Assembly (NCBI GenBank): GCA_012295275.1
Contig: CM022672.1
Coordinates: forward strand, 30,628,001 to 30,692,000
Direction of reading: 5' to 3'
DNA: 64,000 nucleotides
Source: Chrysomallon squamiferum
Lineage: Eukaryota > Animalia > Mollusca
Below, in pieces: positions 50,749 through 64,000 of this stretch; within the stretch, counting starts at the first letter, position 1, and every line of letters starts with the position of its first letter. The translations under genes and the position numbers were made by a program. Under the pieces are notes generated by a model. The model was not told the origin of the DNA, did not search any database, and saw nothing but the letters and a program-made list of their open reading frames with translations.

Positions 50749-52500
50749 ATCAGTTACAATTTCTCTAGGATATTTGTATCACAGTGTCCTTCTATTTCCA
50801 TGCAATCTTAACTAACCGTTCACTGAACGTTGGATAAGCTGTGACGTAATACATACGTATTACATAAGTATAGATTTGATATCAGTCAATATCTCACGTA
50901 TGCTCTCATTAAGTTACGGTAAAGGGCAGCGTGTATGTCTGGGATAATAGTCGCAAATTACGATAACAAGAACTGGGATTAATCTCTCGTCTACAGCAAG
51001 CATGACAAACTCCTCGCATTTCACTGTTTCACAGTTTTGAAATATTTCTGTCTGTTAGACTGGTTTTATAAAATTATACAGGATTTGAAAATCCGAAATC
51101 CGAAAAGCTACGAAATCCGCAACTTTTTCTTACAGTTTTTGGAATTTTGCACAAAATTATTAAAAACCTTATTTTAAAAGTTCCTGCAGATTATCTGTAT
51201 AAGCTGTACATGAAAAATGAATGGAATTCATATTCAGACATAGATTCTATTCTCGTGCTATCTCCTTTTATTACAAAATCCGAAATATTCCGAAAGGATT
51301 TTCAACCTGTGTAGAAAAGAAGAAGAAGAAAAAGAAGAAGTGTTTTAATAAAAATAAATATACAGAATTTCATTCTCTTATTATTTCCACCATTACGTCT
51401 ACTACTACCACTACAACATTACTACGTCGCTACCATTACTACTACTACTTCTACTATAGTACTACCGCTACTACACCTACTACTTCTGCACTACAGTACT
51501 ACCATGGTTACTACCAATACTACTGCTACTGCTACTATCACGCCACTGCAATTACTTCCACTATACTACTACTACTACAACTACCACCGTATTAGTATCA
51601 CTATTTCTACTGTTAGTACAACTGCTACTGTTATAATCATAACTATTACTGTTAGTACTTTTACTAGAATTACTACTTCTTCTTCTACTGCTACTACTAC
51701 TGCTACTACTACTATTAGAAATCTTATGATAAAAATAATTATATTACTACTGTAGTAGTAGCAGAAGCAGCAACAGCAGCAGCAATATTGAGCTACTACT
51801 ACAATTATTGCTTTCATTACTATAAGTATTCCATATAAAAAGATACACAAATGAATCAGAAAGAAAACTGAAAGAAAAATGATTTAAAACAGTTCATTGA
51901 AAATTATAAGTTACTTGTCTACGTATGAAGTATTGTTACAAACATATTTCAGTGTATTTTGTAAATACTCGTAATAAACTCATACCCGTGTTTCTGACAT
52001 TTTCTCCAACTTTTATGAAGTAATTTAATTATTTTCACAAATCTGTGGCAAATGCCAGTCCATGAATTAGCATAACCGCAATAAAAATACATTAACAAAT
52101 ATGTTTAGCTACAAATAAATACTAATCATTGATGGTTTCCAGTGTTATTTTGCCTTGAAAGGGATTTAGGTTGAGTATAATTGTTGTGTTTATACAATGC
52201 TTGTTCACAGAACCCTATAAAAAGTTCAATTGGGATTCAAGAAATTTTTTTAAATAAATTTATAAATATATTTCTTAAGTCCTTACAAAACTATCATATA
52301 GTCTTGTAAAATCTTTAATTATATAACAATTTTTGTTTCGGGAATCTGAATGGAATAATAATCGGGAACTCTGTAATGTTTCTTTGTGTATGTTTTTCTG
52401 TGATAAATATGATTATCACTCTCTGTCGTACTTAGAAATAAACTGATGTTCATACACACGCGCCAGTTGCAAGTCAGAGTAACGAAGAGAACAAGAGATG

Positions 52501-52535
<35 letters not shown>

Positions 52536-52636
52536 GTTTTTTGTTTGTTTGTTTTGGTTCGAGTAGCTTTGACGAAAACAGAATACCAATATTTTCTGCA
52601 TACGTCCAAGTTTCTTTCCTTTTATTTTTTCCTTTC

Positions 52637-52701
<65 letters not shown>

Positions 52702-52895
52702 TATTATTAATCCAGTCTTATTTAATAATGAAATATAACTAAGAAAGATTTATTTTGATATCTCTACTTTATGATTTTTTAAAAATCTTATTTAGGCTTG
52801 GAAATATTTAACTACTGTATATAATAATTTTATTTCGGGAACTCTGTAATTTTATTAATCTGGAATTTTTCTCTGCATGTTTTTTTCTGTGAAAA

Positions 52896-52969
<74 letters not shown>

Positions 52970-55888
52970 CACACAAATGAACTAATACACATACACAAGC
53001 ACAAGCTGCAAGTCAAAGTAACAAAGGAAACCAGAGATGTTATTTATTTATTTATTTGTTTATTGATTTATATAATATATTTATTTGTGTCTATTTTTGT
53101 TCGGGTACCTTTGAAAAAATAAGTTTCTTTCCTTTTATTTTCCTTTCTTTCTTTCTTTATTATTATTATTATTATTATTCGCTAATTTTTAGGTGTTGAT
53201 CTCATCAGTTATGGGGCGGCCAGATTGTCTCTAAAAAATGTTCCAGTGTTGCACGAATGATTACATCTCTCAGTCTATAAGTTTATGATGACGTCACAAT
53301 TCCAGCAGTAAAATGGAAAAATCGCGGCGTTAAGTCTTTTGTAATAATTATTTTATTCTAGAATTTTTTGTTATTAGCGATATAGATCAAACATAACCGC
53401 AAATAATAATGTTGGAGAATACAAAAATTTATTAGACAATTTATTCTTATCTCCATGTAGAACTTTGTCTCTTTCTACAGTAAATTGAAATATTATTTAC
53501 GATACTGAAAACGAAAAAACAAAGAAAAATAGTTACAAATAACAACAACAAAGAAAAAAAAAACCAGTCTAAAATTTTAAATCAAATTGTTATTATAGGG
53601 CAATAATAATAAATAAATAAATAAATAAAATGAGCACAGTGGAAGGGAAATAACTCTTAAAAGACCAACCCGTCCAAGGACAAATAACTACAGGCTAAGA
53701 ATTCTTCGTTCGAAATGCTGAGGGTCGGAACTGTATCGGATTTGATAATTTCTCGAATTTTGGAATATAAGAAGATGGCCTGAGAATAGGATCTAAGTCT
53801 AAACACGAATTCGATCTAAATTTCATAAATACAGCTTATACAAACAGATTTTAATAATTTTATAGCATAAAATAATGTTAGTGGGTGCAAACACTGCTAA
53901 AACTGTTGCATACCACTATTTCTGCTGCTCGGAAAAGTTCCGGATTTTGTCGAATTAAGGAGTTTTTCGGATTTCGGGATTTCGAATAACGAGTCGTTAA
54001 CATGTAACAAAATAATTGTGTCTTCCAAACATGTAAACATGTGAACAAATTTTTGTATAAGATAAAAATGTAGTAAATAAAAGAAGCAACAAGAAAACAA
54101 AGATAGAGATATCGTACTAAAAACAGAAAACGTTTTGTTTATATTTTGTTTAGTATCTTTCAAATTAATATGATTAATTATGTCAAACAGAGAATATACA
54201 TTTTTACAGCTACTCAAAACAGATTTTCAGTTTTGGAAATAAAAGAATGATACAAACCATAGCAGTAGCTCTTTTTATCCCGATTTCAGTGATACAAAAA
54301 TTAAAAGTTGTCATTCAAATAGCTCTAAAAATTCTGGGGGCCGTTTGCGGACAATTGTCATTCTGGATTCTGAAGTGAGATTGTCTTTTCATCAAAAAAT
54401 TATACTATGTGTTGAAATATTAAGTTTTATGTTTCTTATAGCTCTTCAAAGTATGTTTACATTGAAATGAGAAGGCAAAGTTGATATTATTATTGAGTTG
54501 CATTAGATCAAAAGAAATAGTAACAATAAAATCTTCACTTCTACTTAATACTTATAGATTTAATGCTAAATTAATCAGTGATACGAAATACATTCAGAAG
54601 ATATAAATTAGAAAATCTAAAATGTAAATTTTTAAAGGGTTTATCTTTTGACACGTTCAGAGCACTTTAGAATGAGAATAAATTAAAAACATTTCCAAAT
54701 GCATTGCAGCAACTGCTGAGAAATCAAATAAAAAGGCAAATACAATTTGTCTTTAATTTATCCTCATTGAATATATCCATTTGACCCTAGCATACCTTAT
54801 CACTGAGTGAATTCCACGCTAAATAATCCATCTACTCATCCCTCCCATTTCCTCTCAGTGCTAAACAATCCTGTACTTTCAATGCTTTTTTTTTTTAATC
54901 ATTCTGTTGCATTTACGATCTTTACTCTAATTCAGCTGTGCACTCTAGGATTCAGTGCGATGGAAAACAAGATTAAAAAGGTTAAATAATTTGTTCAACT
55001 CTCATCTGTTTACATCCCACCAGACGACATTTGTAGACGACATTTGATTGCCAGGTGTCACAGCCGAGCACTCATTGACAAGATGCGGGGGGAGTTTTAC
55101 GGAACAGCGAGTTTCAACATCTAATATTGATTTTGACTTTATCAGAGCCAGTAACTTAAAACTTTGGCCAATAACGGATAATATAAATGGCCTTAGTCAT
55201 GTAAAAAAAATTATATTTTGAGAAAATATGTGTAATGTGCATTCATTCACGAAACTGGCTTTCTGATAAAGTATTCTCAGCTTGTAGGTATTTTGTGTTT
55301 GGTGGTGTTTGTCTTTTAAGAGTTATTTCCCTTCCATCTGGCTCATTTTTATTATTTTTTATAGTTTGTATTTATTCCTCTTCTTCTTCTTCTTCTTATT
55401 ATTATTATTATGATTATTACCCTAGAATTGCATTTAAATATAAAATTTTGGATTGTGTTTTTTCGTTTGTTGTTGTTATTTGTAAAAAAAAAAAAAAAAT
55501 TTTATTTTTTTTTTTTTTTTTTTTCAATATCATAAATAATATTTCAATTGACTCTAGAAAGAGACAAAGTTTTACATGGAGATAACAAACATTTTCATTC
55601 TTCCACATTATTATTTGCTCTTATATGTGATCTATATCGCTAATATCAAACATCCTAAAATAAAATAATAGTTACAAAAGATTTAACAGGGCGATTTTTT
55701 CTATTTCACAATTGGAAATGTGACGTCATCAGAAACTTGGTGCATTGCCAATTGTACTCATTCTGACAACACATAAAAAAAACTTTAAAGCAAATCAGGC
55801 TGTCACATAAGTGATGACGTCATTACCTAAAAATAGCGATGTCAAAATAAATATTTTTTGTTTACGTTTCATTATTAATTAGAATCGG

Positions 55889-55952
<64 letters not shown>

Positions 55953-57275
55953 GAAAGGGAAAACAAAAGGAAAGAAACTTTGACGTATGCGGAAGATATT
56001 CTATTTTGTTTTCATGTCGTCAAAGGTACTGGAACAAAAAATAGACCAAAATAAATAAATATCATTATGTATATTAGTTTATTTTTATGTATGACAGAGA
56101 GTGATAATTATATTTATCACAGAAAAACATACACAAAGAAAAATCACAGAGTTCCCGATTATTATACCATTCAGATTCCCGAAATAAAATTATTATATAG
56201 TTAAAGATTTTCGAAAACTATATCATAGTTTTGTAAAAACAGCCGTATTATTACCTTCTTTCTTTCTATGTTTATTTGTGTCGTCTGCTGATATCACTAT
56301 TAGTATTAAATGGCGTACTGCACGCAGTGCGTTATCTCTGGAGTGTAATTAAAAAGCGAGTTGCGCTGGAACAGTCTGGAAAGTGACAACTCAAATACAT
56401 CGATGTCTGAACCAGAATTATGTCTAAGTTTCTCCAGTTCGTCATTAGCAGACGACCGCATGGGAGGTGGCTATTAGTCCGGAGACGTAACGTATTGGCA
56501 CTGTTTGCTGAAACTGACCAAAATATGCCGTGGGTGTGTGTGAATGACATCAAGGTTTCGAATTAATAAACAGCAGCAACAACAACGACGATAACAATAA
56601 TAATCGTTACACTGTTAATAATTCAACAACAATAACTGCTATTAATTGTTGTAATAATATTGGTAGAATTTTAGTTGCAATAACAACAATACCAACAACA
56701 ACAATAGCAACAACACAACAACAGTTATAGCGATGGCAGTTGTAGCTGTAGTAATACTAGTAGAGTTATAGAATAGTAGTGCTAGTATTAGTGTTGGTAG
56801 TGCTAGTGTCAATATGATTACAAAATAAATTATGATAACAACAAGAAAGATACAAAAACAGCGAAATCATCAACAACAGCTGCAACAATAGCATTACTAG
56901 CATATGATACGTCTTCATAAAAAAAAAGTTTAATGTCCAGTGTGGTAGAATCTATTTACATAACTCCATGTCTGGAATCCTGAAATAAAAGTTTTATTTC
57001 CGGAATCTCGAAATAAAAATTTTCCTTCAGAATAGGAATGTCCTGTATCAGAATTTGGTTCCGATATGTGATATAGTAAAACGTTAAAAGGAAAATGAAA
57101 CAAATCTGGAAAAATGATATGAATTTTTTTATTGTATGTATGGTGGCATAGGTTATAATAAATTACAATTAGAATTAGATATAATATAAAATATGATATT
57201 AAACATCTGATAACACAACAGTATTATAAATAATTTATTTACAAGTTAATATGAAATATCTCGTATAATAAAATC

Positions 57276-57318
<43 letters not shown>

Positions 57319-59453
57319 GAATTATAAATAAATATACAAACATTTGGCTCAAACTATTTATATGCATACTTATATAAATGCATAAAATATTTTAATATAA
57401 CGTACACACACACACATACGTACATACATACACTAAATAAATAAAATATACAAACATATATATACATGCATACATTCATGCATTCATATATACTTGGACA
57501 CATACATGTGTACTTTATAAGCATACATTTATATACATAATGTATATATAAGCATATTTCTTAAATGCTAGTTGATCTTTTTGTAGGATTCTGTCAACAA
57601 TTATACTCAACCTAAATCCCTTTCAAGCTAAAATAACACTTGAACCCATCAGTGACTAGTATTTATTTGTATCTAAACATTATTGTTAATGTGTTTTTAA
57701 TCTCGATGTCTCTTTGTCTATCACGCAAACTATCACTTTTCTCTCTCTCACACAACGTTACACGACAAACGTACACACGCACATTAGCATGATTTACAAC
57801 AGTCGTAGATACATTAATAACAATATTAAGGAGAAGGAGAAGAAGAAGAATTAACGTATTAATAATACAAAACAAAATATGTCGCAAATAATGGAAGGTA
57901 CACAGCATGAAGGTGAAGGTCACACAGAAAGAAAAGGGCTAATTCAAGGACTGACATTTGCCACGCTGCAGATTTGTGAAAATAATTAAATTACTTCATA
58001 AACGTTGGAGAAAATGTCAGAAACACGGGGGTGAGTTTATTGCGAGTATTTACAAAATACACTGAAGGATGTTTGTAACAATACTTCATACATAGACAAG
58101 TAATTTCTAGTTTTCAATGAACTGTTTTAAATTTTAAAAAATCTGGGTTTTTTCTGATTCATTAGTGTATCTTTTTATAGTTTATTTCATTATTTTTTAT
58201 TATTTGTTCTCTGTTCTTCCCTTCTGCTTTCTTACAATGTATGTACGTTCACATATATACACACACATGCATACATCATTTAATTATTTATATGGAACAC
58301 TCATAGTAATGAAAGCAATAGTTGTAGTAGCAGTAGTGGTAGTTATAGTAATGCTGTTGCTGCTACTGCTACTACTATAGTAGTAAAATAATTATTTTTA
58401 GCATAAGAGTTCTAACAGTAGTAGTAGCAGTAGCAGTAGTAGTAGTAGTTGAAGAAGAAGAAGTAATTCTAGAAAAAGTACTAACAGTAATAGTTGTGAT
58501 TATAATTGTAGCAGGGGTACTAGTAGCAATAGTGATACTAAAATGGTGGTAGCTGAAGTAGCAATAATACTAACAGTAGTTGTAGTAGTAGTAGTATCGG
58601 TCGTGGAAGTAATTGAAGTCGCAGTGACAGTAGCAGTAGTAGTAGTAGTGGTAGTAACCATGGTAGTATTGTAGTGCAGAAGCAGTAGCTGTAGTAGCGG
58701 TAGTACTACAGTAGAAGTAGTAGTAGTAATGGTAGCCACGTGGTAATGTCGTAGTGGTAGTAGTAGACGACCGTATGGTTGAAATATTAAGATAATGAAA
58801 TGCTGTATATTTATTTTTATTAAAGCATTCTTCTTCTTCTTTTCTACACAGGTTGAGAATACTTTATCTGAAATGCTTTGGAACGGAAGTGTTTCGGATT
58901 TCGGAATATTTCGGATTTTGCAATAAAAGGAGATTGCAGGAGAATAGAATCTATGTCTGAATACGAATTCCATTTATTTTTCATGTACAGCTTACACAGA
59001 CAGTCTGCAGGAACTTTTTAAATAAGTTCTTAATAATCTTGTGCATAAAATACAAGAAGAAAATGTGTAAGAAGGCGTTTCGGATTTCGGAGCTTTTCGG
59101 ATTTCGGAATTTCAAATCCTGTATAATTTTTTAATTTTCCAAGAGACAGAAATATTTTAAAATTGTGAAACAGTGAAATGCGAGGAGTTTGTCTTGCTTT
59201 CTGTAGACGAGAGATTAATCCCAGTTCTTGTTATCGTAATTTGCAACTATTATCCCAGACATACACGCTGCCCTTTACCGTAACTTAATGAGAGCATACG
59301 TGAGGTATTGACTGATATCAAATCTATAATTATGTAATACGTATGTATTACGTCACGGCTTATCCAACGTTCAGTTAATGGTCTGCTAAGATTAAGGTTG
59401 CATGGAAATAGAAGGACACTGTGATAAAAATATCCCAGACAAATTGTAACTGA

Positions 59454-59574
<121 letters not shown>

Positions 59575-59656
59575 TTTATATGTTTTTGAATACACACACA
59601 CACACACAATAGTTTCTGAGACATATATTCATAAGATATGTATGTATATATATGTG

Positions 59657-59690
<34 letters not shown>

Positions 59691-59826
59691 TGTATGTATA
59701 TATGTATGTATGTATGTTTGTATGTATGTATGTATATATTTATTTATCGGTTTTTAGACAATGAAATAAATATCCAGGAATAAAGTGTATGCATGTTTGT
59801 TAAGAATATATATATATAAACACACA

Positions 59827-59864
<38 letters not shown>

Positions 59865-60186
59865 CATATATACATACATATATATAGAGCCTCATATCTA
59901 TAAAGAGTTTAAATCAGTCAGAGGACGTCAGATTGTCGATGTAAACATGATACACTTCTTAGTAAATAATTAAATTGTTGAGAATTCTTTGTTTGATCAG
60001 TCACTGATTGTTTTTTTATAGATCCATAATCTCTCTACATTCAGACACGAATGTACAATGTGAATTTCTGTACATTATTTAATTATTTATTATTGTTATT
60101 TTTGTTATTATTAATAATTTTATAATTATTGTTATTCTTATTTTTTTTATTGTCGTCGTTGTCGTTGTTATTACTACTACTACTAC

Positions 60187-60241
<55 letters not shown>

Positions 60242-60524
60242 AATGTTATCATATTACTAAAACTCGTGGTTTGATATCGTGAGAATTCGAATTTTGAATA
60301 TACGGAAATTGTCTGAAAACGTATCGAAGAAAAATGCATTTGTCATTATTAAATGTTCATCGAATACATGTAGCCTGCAAATAGTTTTTAATAATTTTTT
60401 GGCATGAAATAAAGACGTGTAAACACAAAACTATTAAAAATAATAATAATAATAAAAATTTAAACATCTCTGCTCGCTCTTAATTACGTTTCTAATTTCG
60501 GATAAAGAATTTTCAGTCTGTAAT

Positions 60525-60948
60525 GGAAACGATAGTAGTAATAACAGTAGACGTAGTGGAAGTTGTAGTAATAAAATAGAAGTAGTAGTAGTAAAAGTAA
60601 TAATAGTAGTATACTATGGAAGTAGAAATATAAGTAGTAATAGCAGAAGTATAAATAGTAGAGGTAGTAGTAGTAGTAACAGAAGTAAGAGTAATAAAAA
60701 TAAAACTCGTTAAGGAAGTAATAGCAGTAATAATAATAGTAATACTAGCTGTAGTAGTAGAAATAGAAGTAGTAGTAGTAGTAGTAATAGTGGAAGTATC
60801 AGTAGTAGTAGAGGTAGCAGTACTAGTAATAGAAGTAATAGTAGTAGTAATAATAGTAATAGTAGTAATACTAGCTGTAGTAGTTGAAATAGAAGTAGTA
60901 GTGATAGTGGAAGTATCAATAGTAGTAGAGGTAGCAGAAGTAGTAATG
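60525..60948. repeat. Degenerate (TAG/TAA)n low-complexity repeat
   Basis: AGTAGTAATAGAAGT-type units; similar tracts at 51400-51800 and 58320-58770. Confidence 0.9.
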
Positions 60949-61589
60949 AGATCTTTTGTATTCACCTTCGAACAGACATGGCAGCACGCACCACACACTC
61001 TGATGAATTGAACACAGAAATGTGAACAGATGTGAACTTTTGAAATTAAGACGAAAACACACAAGAATAAATTAATCATTGAGTGAGAGTGAAGATGAGT
61101 GGGTGTGTAGTTATACACAGACAGATACCAGCAGAGGAAAGATAGGAAACTTACACAAAGAAACACACGAACACACGATACTCATACTAATGACTCATAC
61201 ATTCATATATATACATACTCATACACACAGACACACATACATACATACATACATATATACATATACATACATACATACATACATACATACTTATACGCAT
61301 ACACACACATACATACATACATACATAATTACATACATACATACGTATACACACACATACATACGTACGTACGTACGGAAAATGCATATATTATATACTT
61401 ACATACACATACGTACAGGAATAAATTATATTTTATAGATAAAAATCATAATATATATATGCATTTTTTCATATACAAGCATACGTATCTACATACTTAC
61501 ATATATACATCCACACGCATACATACGTATTATATATATTATTATAATATTTAAAAGATATATATATATATCTATAAAACTGACGTGAA

Positions 61590-62869
61590 CTAACATGGTT
61601 TCAGCGACGCCAGCTCTGTGAGACCGTTTTCTGTCACGCCATCATCGTCAGCGTGGTTGATGTCCTGTTCATGCGCGATGCTCGAACCATTCGTTGCCTT
61701 CGTCAACGTTATTGCGGGGACGTTCGGTCGTTGTGCGTTGGTATTTCGCGCACTGGCCAGTTTGCCGCGCGACCTCTTACAGCACGTGCACGAGAAGACC
61801 TTAATAAACTCCGTCCTGAAATTCTCGTTGAGCCAGCCGTACAGAACCGGGTTGAGGCACGCGGACGACAGCACGAACATGTGACAGATGGCGTACGCCA
61901 GGTTGATGTCCAGATTGGCACTATCGGCGCCGTTTTCACCCGAGCCTTGGAAAACGTTGAAATTGAATTCACTGAGTAGGTTGAATATGTTGAGAGGAAG
62001 CCAGCTGAGAGCGAACACGATGGCGATCATGGTCAGGAGGACGTTGGTCTTTCGCTTCCGCCTGGAATTCCTCTCGTTCTTCTTCCTCTGGTAGGGGAGC
62101 TCTGCACGACTCCCTTCTGATTGGCCATTCTGTACCTGAGCTTGTTGCAAATCCTGAAGTGAGCGACGCCGATGATTATGATTGGCATCACGTACTGCAC
62201 GACCATCTGCGCCACGGAATACGCGCGCTTCTCCACGGACAACGACGTGTCCTCGATGCAGCGGTAGAACGAGATGTCGTACTCCTCCATCGGTCTGTTC
62301 TCCTCGATGATGGAGAAGAGGAGAAACGGGCTGGCCATGAGGAAGGAGATGACCCAGATGCTGATCAGCGCCACGGCGGCTCCTACCTTCTTCATGCTGT
62401 CCTTGGTCGGGTAGACGATCACCTGGAAGCGGTCGAGGGCAATCGCCGTGATGCTGATGGTCGACACGAAGACGTTGGTGCCTTGGAACATCGTGACGAA
62501 CTTGCACATCAGCGTGCCCAGCGACCACTGCACGTACATGAGCTTGTAGAGGTTGAGCGGCTGCGTGAACATGCACAGCGTGAAGTCGGAGATGGCGAGG
62601 TTGATGATGAAGATGTTCCTCGGCGTCCGCATGTGCGCGTTCCTCGCGACCACGTGGCACACGAGGCCGTTGCCGAGGGCGCCGAACGTGATGAGGAGGA
62701 CGTAGGCGAGGCAGAGCACGATCTCAACCGACGGGTCGAAGTACTTGGCGTTGATGTTCTGCTGTAAGATCTGGATGTACAGCTGATGGTTGAATTCGTG
62801 GCCCACGGAAGTGTTGTACAGCGCAGTCTCGAAGTACGAAATGATCACAGTCTTGTTCACTGCCGCCAT
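61590..62869 (-). CDS. NPFR: Neuropeptide F/Y receptor-like class A GPCR (~426 aa), intronless CDS, split by a 1-nt frameshift at ~62094-62097
   Basis: TM1-5 lie in ORF 62033-62881 (FGALGNGLV, MRTPRNIFIINLAISD, IALDRF). TM6-7 lie in ORF 61590-62660 (IAIVFALSWLPLNIFNL, SSACLNPVLYGWLNENFR). ATG at 62869 follows a pyrimidine tract and AG acceptor. Adding one C to the C4 run gives a 1281-nt continuous ORF. Confidence 0.88.
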
Positions 62870-64000
62870 GTTGCTTTTCAAACGAACTTAGAGAGAGACA
62901 GAGAGGGAACAAGAATGAATTAAACGGCAAACAGCCGTGTTCCGTTGATGTATAATCCTCGAATCACCAATCAATGCATACTGAAATTATTCCAAAACTT
63001 CCAACACTAACGATGATTATAAACAATATTCATTGACTCGGCGGTAATTTAAAAAATTAAAACTCCTCCTCAAAGTCTGAGTGGTTCAATATTTATTTTT
63101 AAATATCTCGTCATTGTGTCAGTGATAAAGATTTTTTTTTTTTAAATATCAAACCATTGTTAATTTATAGCACAAAATTTAAAACTCGTTCCTTTACTTG
63201 CTGTTATTCAAAACAATCTTATTATTGACTTCGAATTCCGTTCTATAGAATATACTGTGAAATGAAAAATGAAAAACACAATTCTGCTATTAAGAAAAAA
63301 ATCATCAACAATATTTAATACGAATTCCGAGTTAATTGAAATATTGCCACAATACAGAATATATTCTATCAGTTCTGTTATTTAAAAACCATCAACGCTA
63401 TTTATTTCGAATTCCATTCCAGAGAAAATGTTGTCAAAAACACAATTCTGTTATTTAATAAAACAGTCGTCAAGGTTATTCACTACGAATTCCTTTTCGA
63501 GATGAAATATTGTCGGAATTGTAAACCTGTTTATTTACTTCTGTCGTACATACTTACAACCACAGGTAAATAATAATAATTATAGTAATGATATTAATTC
63601 CGTAAGTAATAAGTATCTACCTGTGAAAGACAATATCCAGACAATGCTGAAATCACTGTACGGTAATAACAATCTTACTTGCTGCATTCATTTTAACAAA
63701 GAGTTCCAGTCCCGTGAACGTCAACGCTCGGCGATTTCCGTAATAATAAATCACACGTCTGCTGTAATTACTTACTAGGACAGGCAGAGAATGGAATAAC
63801 GAAATACACAAACATCTGCACGTTCACTGACGTCGTCCATCTTCTCATCTGCAGCATGTTATCCGAAGCGCACTATCAACTGCGAACCGTTTTCTCTATT
63901 AAACCGCACCTTTGCAGTTTTTACGCTTCCAAAATCACTTTATCTCATCGATTTTCAGAAGTCAGTCCTTTGCGGCAGTTGCCGTGTTGCCTGGACAAAC

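Noticed and set aside
60513-61166. 217-aa Thr-rich mucin-like ORF, and similar ORFs at 51221-51850 and 58500-58973
   Set aside because: These are translations of (TAC/TAG)n simple repeats, open in several frames with no exon context.
62159-62767. 202-aa antisense ORF and the first ~185 aa of ORF 61590-62660
   Set aside because: Shadow frames caused by the high GC3 of the GPCR.

Overview
AT-rich, microsatellite-rich animal DNA. It looks invertebrate and probably molluscan; that is an inference from gene content, not a species call. From left to right: (1) 1-7071, just over three copies of a ~2.3-kb mosaic tandem unit carrying a 5'-truncated Tc1 (DD34E) transposase; (2) 7988-10900, a spliced secreted thrombospondin type-1 (TSP1) gene on the minus strand; (3) ~12650-14490, a decayed signal peptide/PAN-like/Thr-rich/possible fibrinogen-domain pseudogene; (4) 15773-44146, a ~28-kb array of a ~1.76-kb unit in which U2 and U1 snRNA genes are transcribed divergently. 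It holds 16 U1 and 14 complete U2 copies, a 200-N gap and an orientation switch at ~36415. The two genes share a PSE-like motif at exactly -66, TATA-like elements near -30 and a common downstream motif; (5) 44230-48074, an inverted, reciprocally decayed paralog of the TSP1 gene ending in a chitin-binding type-2 exon; (6) ~49600-60260, a ~10.6-kb imperfect palindrome; (7) 61590-62869, an NPF/NPY-family GPCR with an intronless CDS and one homopolymer frameshift. The most striking features are the bidirectional U1/U2 cassette array and the nested inverted-duplication architecture around it. All coordinates and alignments were made by eye.
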